Shown here in pieces: positions 27,741 to 37,865 of a stretch of 64,000 bases of DNA. Origin of the DNA: Spirochaetia bacterium (lineage in GTDB: Bacteria; Spirochaetota; Spirochaetia; CAKZLE01); assembly GCA_963677595.1 (NCBI GenBank), contig OY782041.1:1984001-2048000 (forward strand). The letters run 5' to 3'. A program made the translations under genes and the position numbers. Positions within the stretch are counted from its first letter, which is position 1. Each line of letters starts with the position of its first letter. The notes beneath the pieces are model-generated. The model was not told the origin of the DNA. It searched no databases and worked only from the letters and a program-made list of their open reading frames with translations.

Positions 27741-29039
27741 ATGTCACTGATTCTGTCACTTGCGATGTTCATCCTGCTGCTGGGACTGCTGCTCTTCGGC
27801 AGCCCGGTCGCCTATACCATCGGGATCATCGGGACGCTATGGATGCATCTCGGCCAGCTGCCTATCCCGATCATCCCCCAGCGCCTGTTCAACGGCATGA
27901 GCCAGTTCACCCTGATGGCAGTACCGTTCTTCATCCTTGCCGGGAATCTGATGAACTCATCAGGCATAGCCCGGGAACTGGTTTCCTTTGTCAACTTCTT
28001 TCTGGGAAGGTTCAGGGGAGGGCTTGCCCAGGCAAATATCGGGACCAGCCTGATCTTTGCAGGAATCACCGGGGCAGCGATCTCTGATGTCGCGGCGCTC
28101 GGTTCGATCTTCATCCCTGAGATGGAGCGGAACGGGTATTCCCGTTCGTTCTCTTCGGCAGTCACGGCGGCCTCGTCCATTGTGGGGCCGATCATACCGC
28201 CGAGTATCATCATCGTACTCTACAGCTCGGTTACGGGGGTCTCGGTAGGTACGATGTTCATGGCGGCGATCCTGCCGGGTGTAGCGATCGGGCTTACCCA
28301 GATGATCCTTACCTATTTCATCGCACGTAAACGGAACTACCCGAGATACGAGATGGAGAAGATGAGTTTCAAGGCATTCATGGTGGTACTCTCGAGGGCG
28401 ATACTTGCGTTGATCATGCCGGTGATCATCATCGGAGGGGTCGTGTCAGGGATGTTCACCCCGACAGAATCTGCCGCGATCGCAGTACTGTATGCCCTGG
28501 TAGTGGGGAAGTTCGTCTTCAAGAAGATCACGATGAAAGTCTTCCTCGATGACGTCAAAGATACCGTCAGGACGACCGGCATGCTCCTGTTCATCATCGC
28601 TGTCGCCAGTGTCCTCTCCTGGATCCTCAGTTACATCAACCTTCCCGTCATCTTGGCGAACGGCTTGATTGGGATCCTCGGTAATCGATGGCTCGTGTTC
28701 TTTGCGGTAGTGCTGATGCTCATCTTTGTTGGTACCTGGATGGAATCAGGGGCTGCGCTGATCATGCTGGCGCCAGTGTTCTCCCAGGTGCTTGGGGAGC
28801 TCGGGTTCAACCCGATCCATTACGGGGTGGTGATCATCATCACGCTGAACCTCGGCCTGATCACCCCGCCGCTGGGAGTCTGCCTCTTCGCGGTCGCCGG
28901 TGTGGCTCATGAGCGGTTCGAGAAGATCGCGAGGGATATCGTCCCCTACCTGGTAGTGATCATACTGACGATCATCCTGATCGTCATCCTTCCAGACATC
29001 ACATTGTCCCTGCCGAAGCTGTTGGGGATGATCGGATAG
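27741..29039 (+). CDS. dctM: TRAP large permease DctM (system 1)
   Basis: LMAVPFFILAG, GGLA, IIPPS, TPTES, ITPP; start ATG 27741 after GAGG. Confidence 0.95.
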   Translation: MSLILSLAMFILLLGLLLFGSPVAYTIGIIGTLWMHLGQLPIPIIPQRLFNGMSQFTLMAVPFFILAGNLMNSSGIARELVSFVNFFLGRFRGGLAQANIGTSLIFAGITGAAISDVAALGSIFIPEMERNGYSRSFSSAVTAASSIVGPIIPPSIIIVLYSSVTGVSVGTMFMAAILPGVAIGLTQMILTYFIARKRNYPRYEMEKMSFKAFMVVLSRAILALIMPVIIIGGVVSGMFTPTESAAIAVLYALVVGKFVFKKITMKVFLDDVKDTVRTTGMLLFIIAVASVLSWILSYINLPVILANGLIGILGNRWLVFFAVVLMLIFVGTWMESGAALIMLAPVFSQVLGELGFNPIHYGVVIIITLNLGLITPPLGVCLFAVAGVAHERFEKIARDIVPYLVVIILTIILIVILPDITLSLPKLLGMIG

Positions 29040-29166
29040 GGGTGTCCTGGTAGGCAGCGCACCCTGGTTTGGGGTTCTCTGCACATAATAAGATAATTGG
29101 TTGAGGCAAGAATGCTGGAATTTGGCTTTGTGAAAGTCATAAAAAACATGTTAAAGGAGAGTCGAA

Positions 29167-30306
29167 ATGAAGTTCAAAGTGTTTTGTTTGGTGAGCCTGT
29201 TGATCCTTGGATCGTTATCCCTGGTCTTTGCCGGCGGACAGCAGGAAGCTGCTGAGGAATCTGCAGCTCCGGCAGCGACAACAGAGAAGGCAGCAGCGCC
29301 TGCAGCGGTCCCTGTAGATACCGGTAAGACGTATACGTTAAAGTTCAGCTGGTCGGATCCTGTTGATCCCTTGAAACAATCAACGAGTGGGTATGCCCTG
29401 GTTTTCAAGCAGGAACTGGAGAGACTGTCTGGAGGAAGGATTAAGGTTGAGCTCTATCCATCAGGCCAGCTTGGTGACCAGAGATCCTCGACCGAGCAGG
29501 TTGCCCAGGGAACGATCCAGGCATGTAATATCAGTTCCGGTGTCCTGGCATCACTGTATTACCCGAAACTGGAGATCGTTGACATGCCGTTCCTGTTCAG
29601 TTCACGAGCACATGCTGCTGAGTTCCTTGATGTGAATGACAATCCCTTCATGGCAGATATGGCAAAGGATGTTGCAAAGGAGACCGGTATCAAGCTGTTG
29701 AACGTTATCCCCTTCGGTTACCGGAACCTGACAAACAATGTACGTGAGATCAGGACCCCTGCAGATGTGAAGGGTCTCAAGATCCGGACGATGGAAGTCA
29801 CCCCTCATATGAAGTTGATCGAGGCACTCGGTGGCTCTCCTACACCAATCCCGTTCCTGGAAGTCTATACCAGTCTCCAGACGAATGTCGTTGACGGACA
29901 GGAGAACCCACCCCAGATTATCGAGGTCATGCACTTCTATGAAGTACAGAAGTACATGACGATGACTGGCCATGTCATGGGCGTTGGGGCGACCCTGATG
30001 AATGATGAATGGTACCAGGCACTCCCTGCTGACCTGAAAGCAGCGGTTACCGAAGCTGATGCGACTGCTTCTTTGGTTTACAATGGCTTAGGACAAGTCC
30101 TAGATGCCACCTGCGCAGAGTCCCTGATCGAAAAAGGGCTGCAGATCTACAATCCCACACCTGAGGAACGACAGGCATTCAAGGATGCAACTCAGCCATA
30201 CGTACGAGAGTATATGGTTGACCAGCTTGGTGCAGAGTTTGTTGATGGTTTCCTGGCAGCAGTAGAGGCAACAGCCCAAGAGTTTGCTGACGAAGCAGTA
30301 AGATAA
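29167..30306 (+). CDS. dctP: TRAP DctP (system 2) with N-terminal Ala-rich linker
   Basis: FAGGQQE signal end, YPSGQLG, GLKIRTM, LQTNVVDGQEN. Confidence 0.93.
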   Translation: MKFKVFCLVSLLILGSLSLVFAGGQQEAAEESAAPAATTEKAAAPAAVPVDTGKTYTLKFSWSDPVDPLKQSTSGYALVFKQELERLSGGRIKVELYPSGQLGDQRSSTEQVAQGTIQACNISSGVLASLYYPKLEIVDMPFLFSSRAHAAEFLDVNDNPFMADMAKDVAKETGIKLLNVIPFGYRNLTNNVREIRTPADVKGLKIRTMEVTPHMKLIEALGGSPTPIPFLEVYTSLQTNVVDGQENPPQIIEVMHFYEVQKYMTMTGHVMGVGATLMNDEWYQALPADLKAAVTEADATASLVYNGLGQVLDATCAESLIEKGLQIYNPTPEERQAFKDATQPYVREYMVDQLGAEFVDGFLAAVEATAQEFADEAVR

Positions 30307-30326
30307 TAGAGCGAATCAAGAAGATC

Positions 30327-30364
30327 GGGATGCCTGGTAGGAGAATCCTCTTACCAGGTATCCC
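30327..30364 (+). terminator. Stem-loop after dctP (system 2)
   Basis: GGGATGCCTGGTAGGAG / CTCTTACCAGGTATCCC long stem. Confidence 0.65.
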
Positions 30365-30385
30365 CCTCATTGTTGGAGCATACGT

Positions 30386-30886
30386 ATGAGCAAAACAAAA
30401 AAGTCCCCATTTATAGTAATTGTCGAGATCCTCTCCAGTGGTTGTCTTGCAGTCATGTTTATCATTGTGATGCTTGGGATACTGACTCGCTATGTCATGG
30501 TCCGTCCTTTGTTCTGGACTGCCGAGCTTTCACGGTACCTGATGATCTATATGGTATTCATTGGAGGAGCGCTCTCATTCAGGAATGAGAAACACCCCTC
30601 ATTGAATTTCGTGATAGATAAGCTGCCGAAGAAGTATCGGCAAGTGTGGGACTTAGTCATTGATGTCTTTGTTTTGGTCGTGCTGTGTGTGTTCATGTAT
30701 GCCGGGTGGCATATGATCTCACAGAAACTTGTCGGGCGGACCCCCGCATTGCGTGTCTCGTATAGGTTCATCTATCTAGCGATCCCCCTCGGGGGGCTTA
30801 CTATGACCATCGAGACTATTTTGAGGATGATAGGTCGGGTGAAGAAGATCCTGAATCCGCCTGTAGAATCTGCAGAGTTACAGTAA
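30386..30886 (+). CDS. dctQ: TRAP DctQ (system 2)
   Basis: WTAELSRYL, HPSL, TPAL, YLAIPLG. Confidence 0.9.
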   Translation: MSKTKKSPFIVIVEILSSGCLAVMFIIVMLGILTRYVMVRPLFWTAELSRYLMIYMVFIGGALSFRNEKHPSLNFVIDKLPKKYRQVWDLVIDVFVLVVLCVFMYAGWHMISQKLVGRTPALRVSYRFIYLAIPLGGLTMTIETILRMIGRVKKILNPPVESAELQ

Positions 30887-30899
30887 AGGGGTAGAGCAT

Positions 30900-32189
30900 A
30901 TGAGCTTAGAATTGATAGTTTTGTTAACCGTGTTCGTGGTTCTCATGTTCTCAGGAACGCCTCTCTCATTCTCGATGCTGCTGAGCAGTGCGATCTATCT
31001 GCTCATGAGTGGGCAGCCGCTCTATATCCTTGCACACAGGATCTTCACCGGTATCGACACGTTCACCCTGATGGCAATACCGTTCTTCATATTGGCCGCG
31101 GAACTGATGGTCATCTCCGGTACCGCCGAGAAACTTCTCAGGTTCACGAATGTCCTCGTTGGTAGGTTCCATGGCGGACTCGCATATGTGAACATCCTGG
31201 CAAGTATGCTGTTCGGGGGCTGTTCCGGTTCGGCGATAGCCGATGTGGCAGGTTTGGGTATCCTGGAGATCGACATGATGGAAGAGGGCGGGTATGACCG
31301 GCCCTTCAGTACTGCACTGACCATCAGTTCCTCGATTCAGGGGCCATTGATCCCGCCGAGTATCATGATGGTGCTGATCGGGGCAACGACTGGTACCTCG
31401 ATCGGGGCCCTGCTGATCGGTGCTGCCATACCCGGCGTCCTTGTCGGGCTGGCACAGATCCTTGTGGTCTTCGTGATGGGGAAACGGAAAGGGTTCCCCG
31501 TATCCACGATCGTGTACACCCACAAAGAGAAGGTGATGGCCCTGTTTGCCGCGATCCCGTTCATGCTCATGCCGATCATCATCCTTGGCGGTATCCTGGG
31601 AGGTTTTGTTACCCCCACCGAGGCATCTGCCCTTGCTGTGGCATATGGGCTGCTCCTGGTCCTCATATTCGGGAGGAAGACGGTAAAGCTCAGGGACTTG
31701 AGAAGACTGCTCTATAATTCCGTGATCGTAGCAGCCAGTATCCTGCTGCTGTCCGGGGCTTCGAACATCTTCGGCTGGATCCTGTCAACGGAGCAGGTCC
31801 CTATGATGCTGTCAAACGGCCTGATGTCCATCACGAACAGTAAATACCTCATCCTCACGATCATCATGGTATTCCTGCTGGTCTGGGGGATGTTGATGGA
31901 CAGCCTCCCGGCGATCCTGATCCTGTCCCCGATCCTTTTCCCCATAGCCACGAAGATCGGTCTGGACCCGATACATTTCGGTGTCCTGCTTGGATTCAAC
32001 CTGATCGTGGGATTGATCACTCCTCCGTATGGGGCTGCGCTGTTCACCGGTACGATCATCAGCGGGCTTCCCATGGAGAAACTTACCCGGGCACTGCTGC
32101 CGTTCATCCTGGCTAGTATTGCGATCCTTTTCCTGGTCGTATACGTACCGGGTATCGTGATGTTCATACCGCACCTGGTAGGACTATAG
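30900..32189 (+). CDS. dctM: TRAP DctM (system 2)
   Basis: LMAIPFF, GGLAYVN, SGSAIAD, IPPS, TPTEA, ITPPYG. Confidence 0.95.
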   Translation: MSLELIVLLTVFVVLMFSGTPLSFSMLLSSAIYLLMSGQPLYILAHRIFTGIDTFTLMAIPFFILAAELMVISGTAEKLLRFTNVLVGRFHGGLAYVNILASMLFGGCSGSAIADVAGLGILEIDMMEEGGYDRPFSTALTISSSIQGPLIPPSIMMVLIGATTGTSIGALLIGAAIPGVLVGLAQILVVFVMGKRKGFPVSTIVYTHKEKVMALFAAIPFMLMPIIILGGILGGFVTPTEASALAVAYGLLLVLIFGRKTVKLRDLRRLLYNSVIVAASILLLSGASNIFGWILSTEQVPMMLSNGLMSITNSKYLILTIIMVFLLVWGMLMDSLPAILILSPILFPIATKIGLDPIHFGVLLGFNLIVGLITPPYGAALFTGTIISGLPMEKLTRALLPFILASIAILFLVVYVPGIVMFIPHLVGL

Positions 32190-32215
32190 AATAGATCAAG
32201 GTAGGGAAGATAGAG

Positions 32216-33493
32216 ATGAAGACGTTGTTACAATCTGGCTCCATGAGTGAAGAGCTGGTAATTGAGGATACGCACCTTGCAGGGGTCATGCAGCCTGATT
32301 ATTCAACCGGGTTCGCTGTCCTCACTGACCAGCAGATACTGCAAGCCATAGATACCCCCATAGGATGCGGGAGGCTGGAGGATCGGGTGTCTCCAGCATC
32401 TCAGATCACAATAGTTGTTGATGATGCTACACGCCCAACCCCTTCAGCGAAGATACTTGCTATTCTGCTGGATAAACTAGATGGGCTTGGGGTCCAGAAA
32501 GCACAGACGAGGATACATATAGCCACTGGGCTTCACCGGGACCCTACCGAAGCCGAGATCGAACGGATCCTGGGGACGAAGGTGTTGGGGGATTATACGT
32601 TCAGCATCAATGATGCCCGCAACGCCGAGACGAATACGTTCGTGGGAACGGTTGGGTCCAAGGAGATCCACGTGAATAGCGTGGTAGCCGGGGCAGATCT
32701 TGTCATCACGATAGGCATGGTGAAATCTCATGCCTTTGCCGGCTTCACCGGAGGTGCGAAGAGTATCCTCCCCGGCTGCTCGAGCCGGAGGACGATTCAC
32801 GAGAACCACTGCTTCAGCAATATTGAGTATCCAAACAGTTGCCTGGGATCCTGCGAGTTGAGCACTTCCCGCCAGGAGATGGAAGCTGCAGCACGGCTCA
32901 TAGACCCGTTCATCATCAATGTCGTCCTGGATGCAGACAAGAACATAATCTTCGCCTCTTCCGGTGATGTGATCGCTGCCCACAGGGCTGCCGTAGAATT
33001 CTATGAACCGATCGCTTCTCAGGAGATAGAGGGCTTCATCGATATCGCATTCATATCAGGGGGATTGGTCGGGGGGATAAATTTCTATCAGGCGCTGTTC
33101 GGGTTCAATGTGGTAAAGACCACGAAACGGCCGATCCTGAAGCATAAGGGGATCGTGATCCTCTATGCCGAATGTTCAGAGGGATCCGGGTCAGCCCTGT
33201 TCGAGCAGAAGATGTCCGAGTTCGATACCCCTGAAGAGATCTTGGATAACCTGGAGAACGGTGAATCCTATGATGACCAATGGGCTGTGCAGTTCCTGGC
33301 GACTGTGGTGCGGGATATGAACGTCTATGTTGTCTCCAGCGGGATCAGCCCGGAAGTGGCCCGGAAACTGAAGATCAGGCGATTCGATACCGCCGCAGAG
33401 GCCTATGCGGAAGCTGTAGCACAAAGCCCGAAAGATTATCGGGTGGGTTTGATCGAGAACCCTGATGTGCTGGTGTTGAACCGGTCTGTATAG
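32216..33493 (+). CDS. LarA-family nickel-pincer 2-hydroxyacid racemase/epimerase #1
   Basis: DDATRP, GLHR, SHAFAGFTGGAKS, NH, AEC.EG.G, DQW motifs of the lactate racemase family. Confidence 0.9.
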   Translation: MKTLLQSGSMSEELVIEDTHLAGVMQPDYSTGFAVLTDQQILQAIDTPIGCGRLEDRVSPASQITIVVDDATRPTPSAKILAILLDKLDGLGVQKAQTRIHIATGLHRDPTEAEIERILGTKVLGDYTFSINDARNAETNTFVGTVGSKEIHVNSVVAGADLVITIGMVKSHAFAGFTGGAKSILPGCSSRRTIHENHCFSNIEYPNSCLGSCELSTSRQEMEAAARLIDPFIINVVLDADKNIIFASSGDVIAAHRAAVEFYEPIASQEIEGFIDIAFISGGLVGGINFYQALFGFNVVKTTKRPILKHKGIVILYAECSEGSGSALFEQKMSEFDTPEEILDNLENGESYDDQWAVQFLATVVRDMNVYVVSSGISPEVARKLKIRRFDTAAEAYAEAVAQSPKDYRVGLIENPDVLVLNRSV

Positions 33494-33514
33494 AGCCGGG
33501 GTGGATCCCATACG

Positions 33515-33556
33515 AAAAGAAAGGCAGGACCTTCAAGGGGACTCCTGCCTTTTTGT
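33515..33556. terminator. Possible bidirectional terminator/attenuator after larA-like #1
   Basis: AAAAGAAAGGCAGGA...TCCTGCCTTTTT. Confidence 0.55.
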
Positions 33557-33581
33557 CGGTTCAGTCTGGAAGGATATATTG

Positions 33582-34538
33582 ATGGTGAAAGCACTGGTGA
33601 CCGTACAGATGAGTGATGCCCAAAAAACGAGATTGAAGCGATTCAGGGATGATGTGGACCTGGTCTATGTTACAGGCGGCAAGCAGATCTCAGAGGAGAT
33701 CGGGGATGCTGAGATCATCATAGGGAACCCACCTGCAGAGGTGCTGTCTGGGGCAAAAGCGTTGAAGTGGATGCAGCTTATAACTGCAGGTTCGGACGGA
33801 TACCTGCAGAAAGGATTTCTTTCGAAAGATGTGATCCTGACCAATGCAAGCGGTGCGTATGGTATCGCCCAGGCAGAATTCATGCTGGCTATGCTGTTCT
33901 CGTTGATGAAGAAACTGCATAGGTACCGAGATAACCAGATGAACGCCCAGTGGCATGATGAAGGGACAGAGCTCATGCTCAGAGGATCCACGGTTCTCAT
34001 GCTGGGGCTGGGCGATATCGGGACAGAGTTCACGAGGCTGCTGAAAGCGTTCGGCTGCTATGTGATCGGGGTGCGAAGAGACCCTGAAAGAGTACATGCA
34101 TTCGCTGATGAAGTCCATGCTGTCGATGACCTTGACCAGCTCATTCCCCGCGCCGATATCATCGCGATGGTGCTTCCAGCATCACCCGAGACGGTCAATA
34201 CCTTGAGCAGGGAGAGGATCTCGCTTATGAAACAGGGCGCCATTGTGGTGAATACCGGGAGAGGGAAGACGGTTGATAACGAAGCGCTCTGTGATGCAGT
34301 CGAGCAGGGGAGGATCGCAGGTGCTGCCCTGGACGTCTATGACCCTGAACCGATCCCTCCCGGGCACAGGATCTGGAAGATGAGGGAGATCCTCATAACC
34401 CCGCATATCGCAGGCAGTGACCTTGTTCCGCTCACCAATGCAAGGATCTTTGATGTGATCGAGCAGAACCTTTCAGCATACCTGCATAACCAGCCTTTAG
34501 CGAACATCGTGGACCGCACTGTCTATGAGTTCGTATGA
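33582..34538 (+). CDS. D-isomer-specific 2-hydroxyacid dehydrogenase
   Basis: GLGDIG, NTGRG, ALDVYDPEP, TPHIAG; start ATG 33582 after AGGA. Confidence 0.92.
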   Translation: MVKALVTVQMSDAQKTRLKRFRDDVDLVYVTGGKQISEEIGDAEIIIGNPPAEVLSGAKALKWMQLITAGSDGYLQKGFLSKDVILTNASGAYGIAQAEFMLAMLFSLMKKLHRYRDNQMNAQWHDEGTELMLRGSTVLMLGLGDIGTEFTRLLKAFGCYVIGVRRDPERVHAFADEVHAVDDLDQLIPRADIIAMVLPASPETVNTLSRERISLMKQGAIVVNTGRGKTVDNEALCDAVEQGRIAGAALDVYDPEPIPPGHRIWKMREILITPHIAGSDLVPLTNARIFDVIEQNLSAYLHNQPLANIVDRTVYEFV

Positions 34539-34559
34539 AGCTGCTGCCTGGAGGAGTGA

Positions 34560-35846
34560 ATGGCTATAGGGAACATGATGAAAGAGATCGATGTATATGT
34601 TGAGGCTCACCGTACGGATCTCCTGGACTTCTTATCGGCATATATAGCACATGAATCCATAAACCCGGACCTGGCAAACCAAAGAAGAAGATCTGATTGT
34701 CATCTATGGCTCAAAGAGGAGTTAGAACGACTGCAGATCTTTGACGCAGTCGATCACTGGGAGACTGGCGAGCTCTTCTCTAACCTGGTGGCCGTCAAGA
34801 GGGGGCAGTCTGATGAACCGATCCTCTTCTGCGGGCATTCCGACACGGTCCCGGTAACCGAGAGCCAGCTGCAGGAGTGGGACCCTGATAAGGGTCCCTG
34901 GTCGGGGAAGATTCTGGACGGGAAGGTCTTCGGCCGCGGATCCTGTGATATGAAATCAGGAGGGGCTGGTGCCCTGATGGCCGCAAAAGTCCTTTCAGAC
35001 TTGGGTTTCCCGTTGGCACGGGACTCCTATTTTGGTTTTGTCATGTCTGAGGAGTCTGGCAATCGCACCTGCGGTGTCGACTCGATCCTTGAGAGAGGTT
35101 ACTCTGCACGATCGGCAGTAAGTATGGAACCCACGAATTTGAAGATCATCCCCGTGATCCAGGGTGAGTTCTATTTCAAGATAACGATCCGTGGTAAGAG
35201 TTCTTCTATCGCTTCAAGGCATCTTTCGATCTATCCACAGGGGCTGGATGTAGGGGGTCAGCCGGGAGTGAATGCGATCGACCTGATGCAGGATGTACTG
35301 CAAGAGTTGAGACAGCTGGAGAGGCAGCTGGGGTTGTTTACCCATCATGAGCTGCTGCCGCCTGGGACTGCAACAATCAACATCTCAGGCATCGAGAGCA
35401 AGGGGATCTTCTCTGCCCTGGCAGAAGAGTGTTCCGTTGTAGGAAGCATGCTGTACAGCCCTTCGATGTCACAGGAGGAAGCGGTGTCAGAATTCAAGCA
35501 TGCAATCGCCCGTGTGACCGGGCGGGACTGGTGGCTGAGGGCCCATCCTCCGGAGATAGAGATCCCGTATCTCCTTCCTGAGAAACCGCCGGTGAACATC
35601 CCGAAAGACCACTGGCTATGCAGGAAGTTTGAGGAGAGCCTCAGGGCTTGTGGCCTGGCGAAAGCGTATGATGCCAGGGTCAGCACGACAGATGGGAACT
35701 ATCTTGCTGATCACGGGATCGATGTGGTCACCTTCGGCCCCGGGGCAGGCCATATGGGTATGCATGGCTGTAATGAGTATATTCCCGTCGAGGACTACCT
35801 GGATGCGATCAGGGTCTATGCGGGTTTTCTGGTCGCAGAAAGCTGA
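34560..35846 (+). CDS. M20 family metallo-hydrolase (ArgE/DapE-like deacylase)
   Basis: GHSDTVP, GRGSCDMK, EESG, EPT, HGCNE. Confidence 0.9.
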   Translation: MAIGNMMKEIDVYVEAHRTDLLDFLSAYIAHESINPDLANQRRRSDCHLWLKEELERLQIFDAVDHWETGELFSNLVAVKRGQSDEPILFCGHSDTVPVTESQLQEWDPDKGPWSGKILDGKVFGRGSCDMKSGGAGALMAAKVLSDLGFPLARDSYFGFVMSEESGNRTCGVDSILERGYSARSAVSMEPTNLKIIPVIQGEFYFKITIRGKSSSIASRHLSIYPQGLDVGGQPGVNAIDLMQDVLQELRQLERQLGLFTHHELLPPGTATINISGIESKGIFSALAEECSVVGSMLYSPSMSQEEAVSEFKHAIARVTGRDWWLRAHPPEIEIPYLLPEKPPVNIPKDHWLCRKFEESLRACGLAKAYDARVSTTDGNYLADHGIDVVTFGPGAGHMGMHGCNEYIPVEDYLDAIRVYAGFLVAES

Positions 35847-35893
35847 AGAATCTAAAAAGGATATAGTGGTCTCTTACAGGAGGGGAAGTTCTA

Positions 35894-36853
35894 ATGGGGT
35901 TGAAGGTTCTTATAACATTGACAGAGAAAGAGTATGACCTGGTAAGCAGTCATATGATGAAAGATTTCCAGGAAAAGGGAGTTGAGGTCGTAGCAAGTTT
36001 CTCGAATGCAAAACTGACAGAGGAACAGATCATCGACCTGGTCAAGGATGTCGATGGGTATATATTCGGGCTGGAAGATATAACCAGAAATGTTCTTACG
36101 AGCGGTAAGCGACTCAAGGTTGTCTGTAAGCATGGGATCGGTACTGATAATGTTGACAAACTGGCTGCTAAAGAACTGGGGATCATGGTGACCAACTGCC
36201 CGGGCCTGAACAGCCTTGCGGTGGCTGAGTTGGTCGTTGCCTCCATGATCGGCCTGGCTCGGGATATCCCAGGGATTGACCGGGCTATGAAGGATGGAGT
36301 CTGGGAATCTGACCTCGGGACCGAGATAACTTCAAAGACTCTGGGAGTGATCGGCCTTGGGCATGTCGGGAAGAATATCCTGAAGCTTCTTTCTGGTTTT
36401 GACATGAACATCCTCGTCCATGATATCTATCGGGATGATAACCTGGCCAGGGAATATGGGTTCCACTATGCAGAGCTGGAACAGATCTATACCCAGGCAG
36501 ATTATATATCGGTGAATATACCGCTTACCGATGAGACGAGGAATCTCATCACATTACGGGTGCTGAAGATGATGAAGCCGAATGTATCGATCATCAATAT
36601 GGCAAGGGGTGGTATCGTGAATGAGCAAGATCTGCTGACAGCCCTGAACCAGGGAATCATCAGCGGGGCGGCAATAGATGCATTTGCCGAAGAGCCGACG
36701 AAGTCATTCGACTTGGTGCACCACCCCAGGGTCATTGCCTTTCCCCACATTGGAGCCTCTACCGAGGAGGCGACGGTGAGGATCGGGAGTTGCGCGTTCC
36801 AGAACATCTATAATGTCATAACCGGGAAAGAGCCGGTATACAGGGTTATATGA
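35894..36853 (+). CDS. D-2-hydroxyacid dehydrogenase (phosphoglycerate dehydrogenase-like, no ACT domain)
   Basis: GIGTDNVD, AVAE, GLGHVG, NMARG, EEP, PHIGAST. Confidence 0.92.
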   Translation: MGLKVLITLTEKEYDLVSSHMMKDFQEKGVEVVASFSNAKLTEEQIIDLVKDVDGYIFGLEDITRNVLTSGKRLKVVCKHGIGTDNVDKLAAKELGIMVTNCPGLNSLAVAELVVASMIGLARDIPGIDRAMKDGVWESDLGTEITSKTLGVIGLGHVGKNILKLLSGFDMNILVHDIYRDDNLAREYGFHYAELEQIYTQADYISVNIPLTDETRNLITLRVLKMMKPNVSIINMARGGIVNEQDLLTALNQGIISGAAIDAFAEEPTKSFDLVHHPRVIAFPHIGASTEEATVRIGSCAFQNIYNVITGKEPVYRVI

Positions 36854-36908
36854 ATATTCATATTTGAACTCTATTTTGAAGGATCATCCATTGAAGGAGT
36901 AAGATTAT

Positions 36909-37841
36909 ATGAGAAAGAAAGTTGAAGGTATCGTGCCGGTCATGATCACCCCGTTCACCGAAGATAACAGGATAGACTATGCCAGCCTCGAGCGGCTGGT
37001 CGAGTGGTATATCGAGAAGGGCTCGGATGCCCTGTTCGCCGTCTGCCAGTCAAGCGAGATGCAGTTTCTCTCTCTCGAGGAACGCTCCAGCCTGGCCAAG
37101 ACTGTGGTAACGATGGTGGACGGCCGTATTCCGGTCGTCGCGAGCGGTCACATCAGCAATGACCCCTATGATCAGGTCCAGGAACTGACTGCTGCGGCGG
37201 AGTCAGGTGCAGACGGGGTCGTGCTCGTCTCCAACCACCTCGATCCCCATAACCGGGGAACGGAGACCTTCCTCGGGAACTTGAAATGGCTACTGGAAAA
37301 GCTCCCGAAGGATATCCCGCTGGGAGTGTATGAATGTCCCGCTCCCTACCGGCGGCTCATCACAGATGATGAGATGAAGTTCATGGCCGATACCGGGCGG
37401 TTCCTCTTTATCAAGGATGTCTCCTGCGACCTGGAGACGGTGAAGAGACGGGTAGAGATCTCGAGGAAATCGGGGATGGCGATCCTCAACGCCAATGCGG
37501 CGATCGCCTGGGATGCCATGAAGGCAGGGTCCCGCGGGTTCAACGGCGTGCTCGCCAACCTCCACCCGGACCTCTACAAGTGGCTCTACACAAAGTGGCA
37601 GACCTATCCGGAGATGGCGAAGGAGCTTGCCTCCTTCCTCGTGCTTGCTGCCTGTACGGAATCGTATGGGTATCCGGTGATTGCGAAGATGTACCACAAG
37701 AGGATCGGTAACTTCGAGACGATCAAGTCCAGGACGATCACCTATGACGTGCATGAGAAAGTCTGGGCTATCGAACCCCTGCTCGATAACCTCATCGAAG
37801 GAGCCGAGATCTGGAGAGAACGGCTGAAAGCCCTGGTGTAG
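36909..37841 (+). CDS. DapA/NanA-family Schiff-base lyase #3 (CQSSEM variant)
   Basis: VPVMITPF, AVCQSSEM in place of GTTGE, YECP, Lys in IKDVSCD. Confidence 0.88.
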   Translation: MRKKVEGIVPVMITPFTEDNRIDYASLERLVEWYIEKGSDALFAVCQSSEMQFLSLEERSSLAKTVVTMVDGRIPVVASGHISNDPYDQVQELTAAAESGADGVVLVSNHLDPHNRGTETFLGNLKWLLEKLPKDIPLGVYECPAPYRRLITDDEMKFMADTGRFLFIKDVSCDLETVKRRVEISRKSGMAILNANAAIAWDAMKAGSRGFNGVLANLHPDLYKWLYTKWQTYPEMAKELASFLVLAACTESYGYPVIAKMYHKRIGNFETIKSRTITYDVHEKVWAIEPLLDNLIEGAEIWRERLKALV

Positions 37842-37865
37842 CTGTTGGGCTGGATTATGGGTGAT

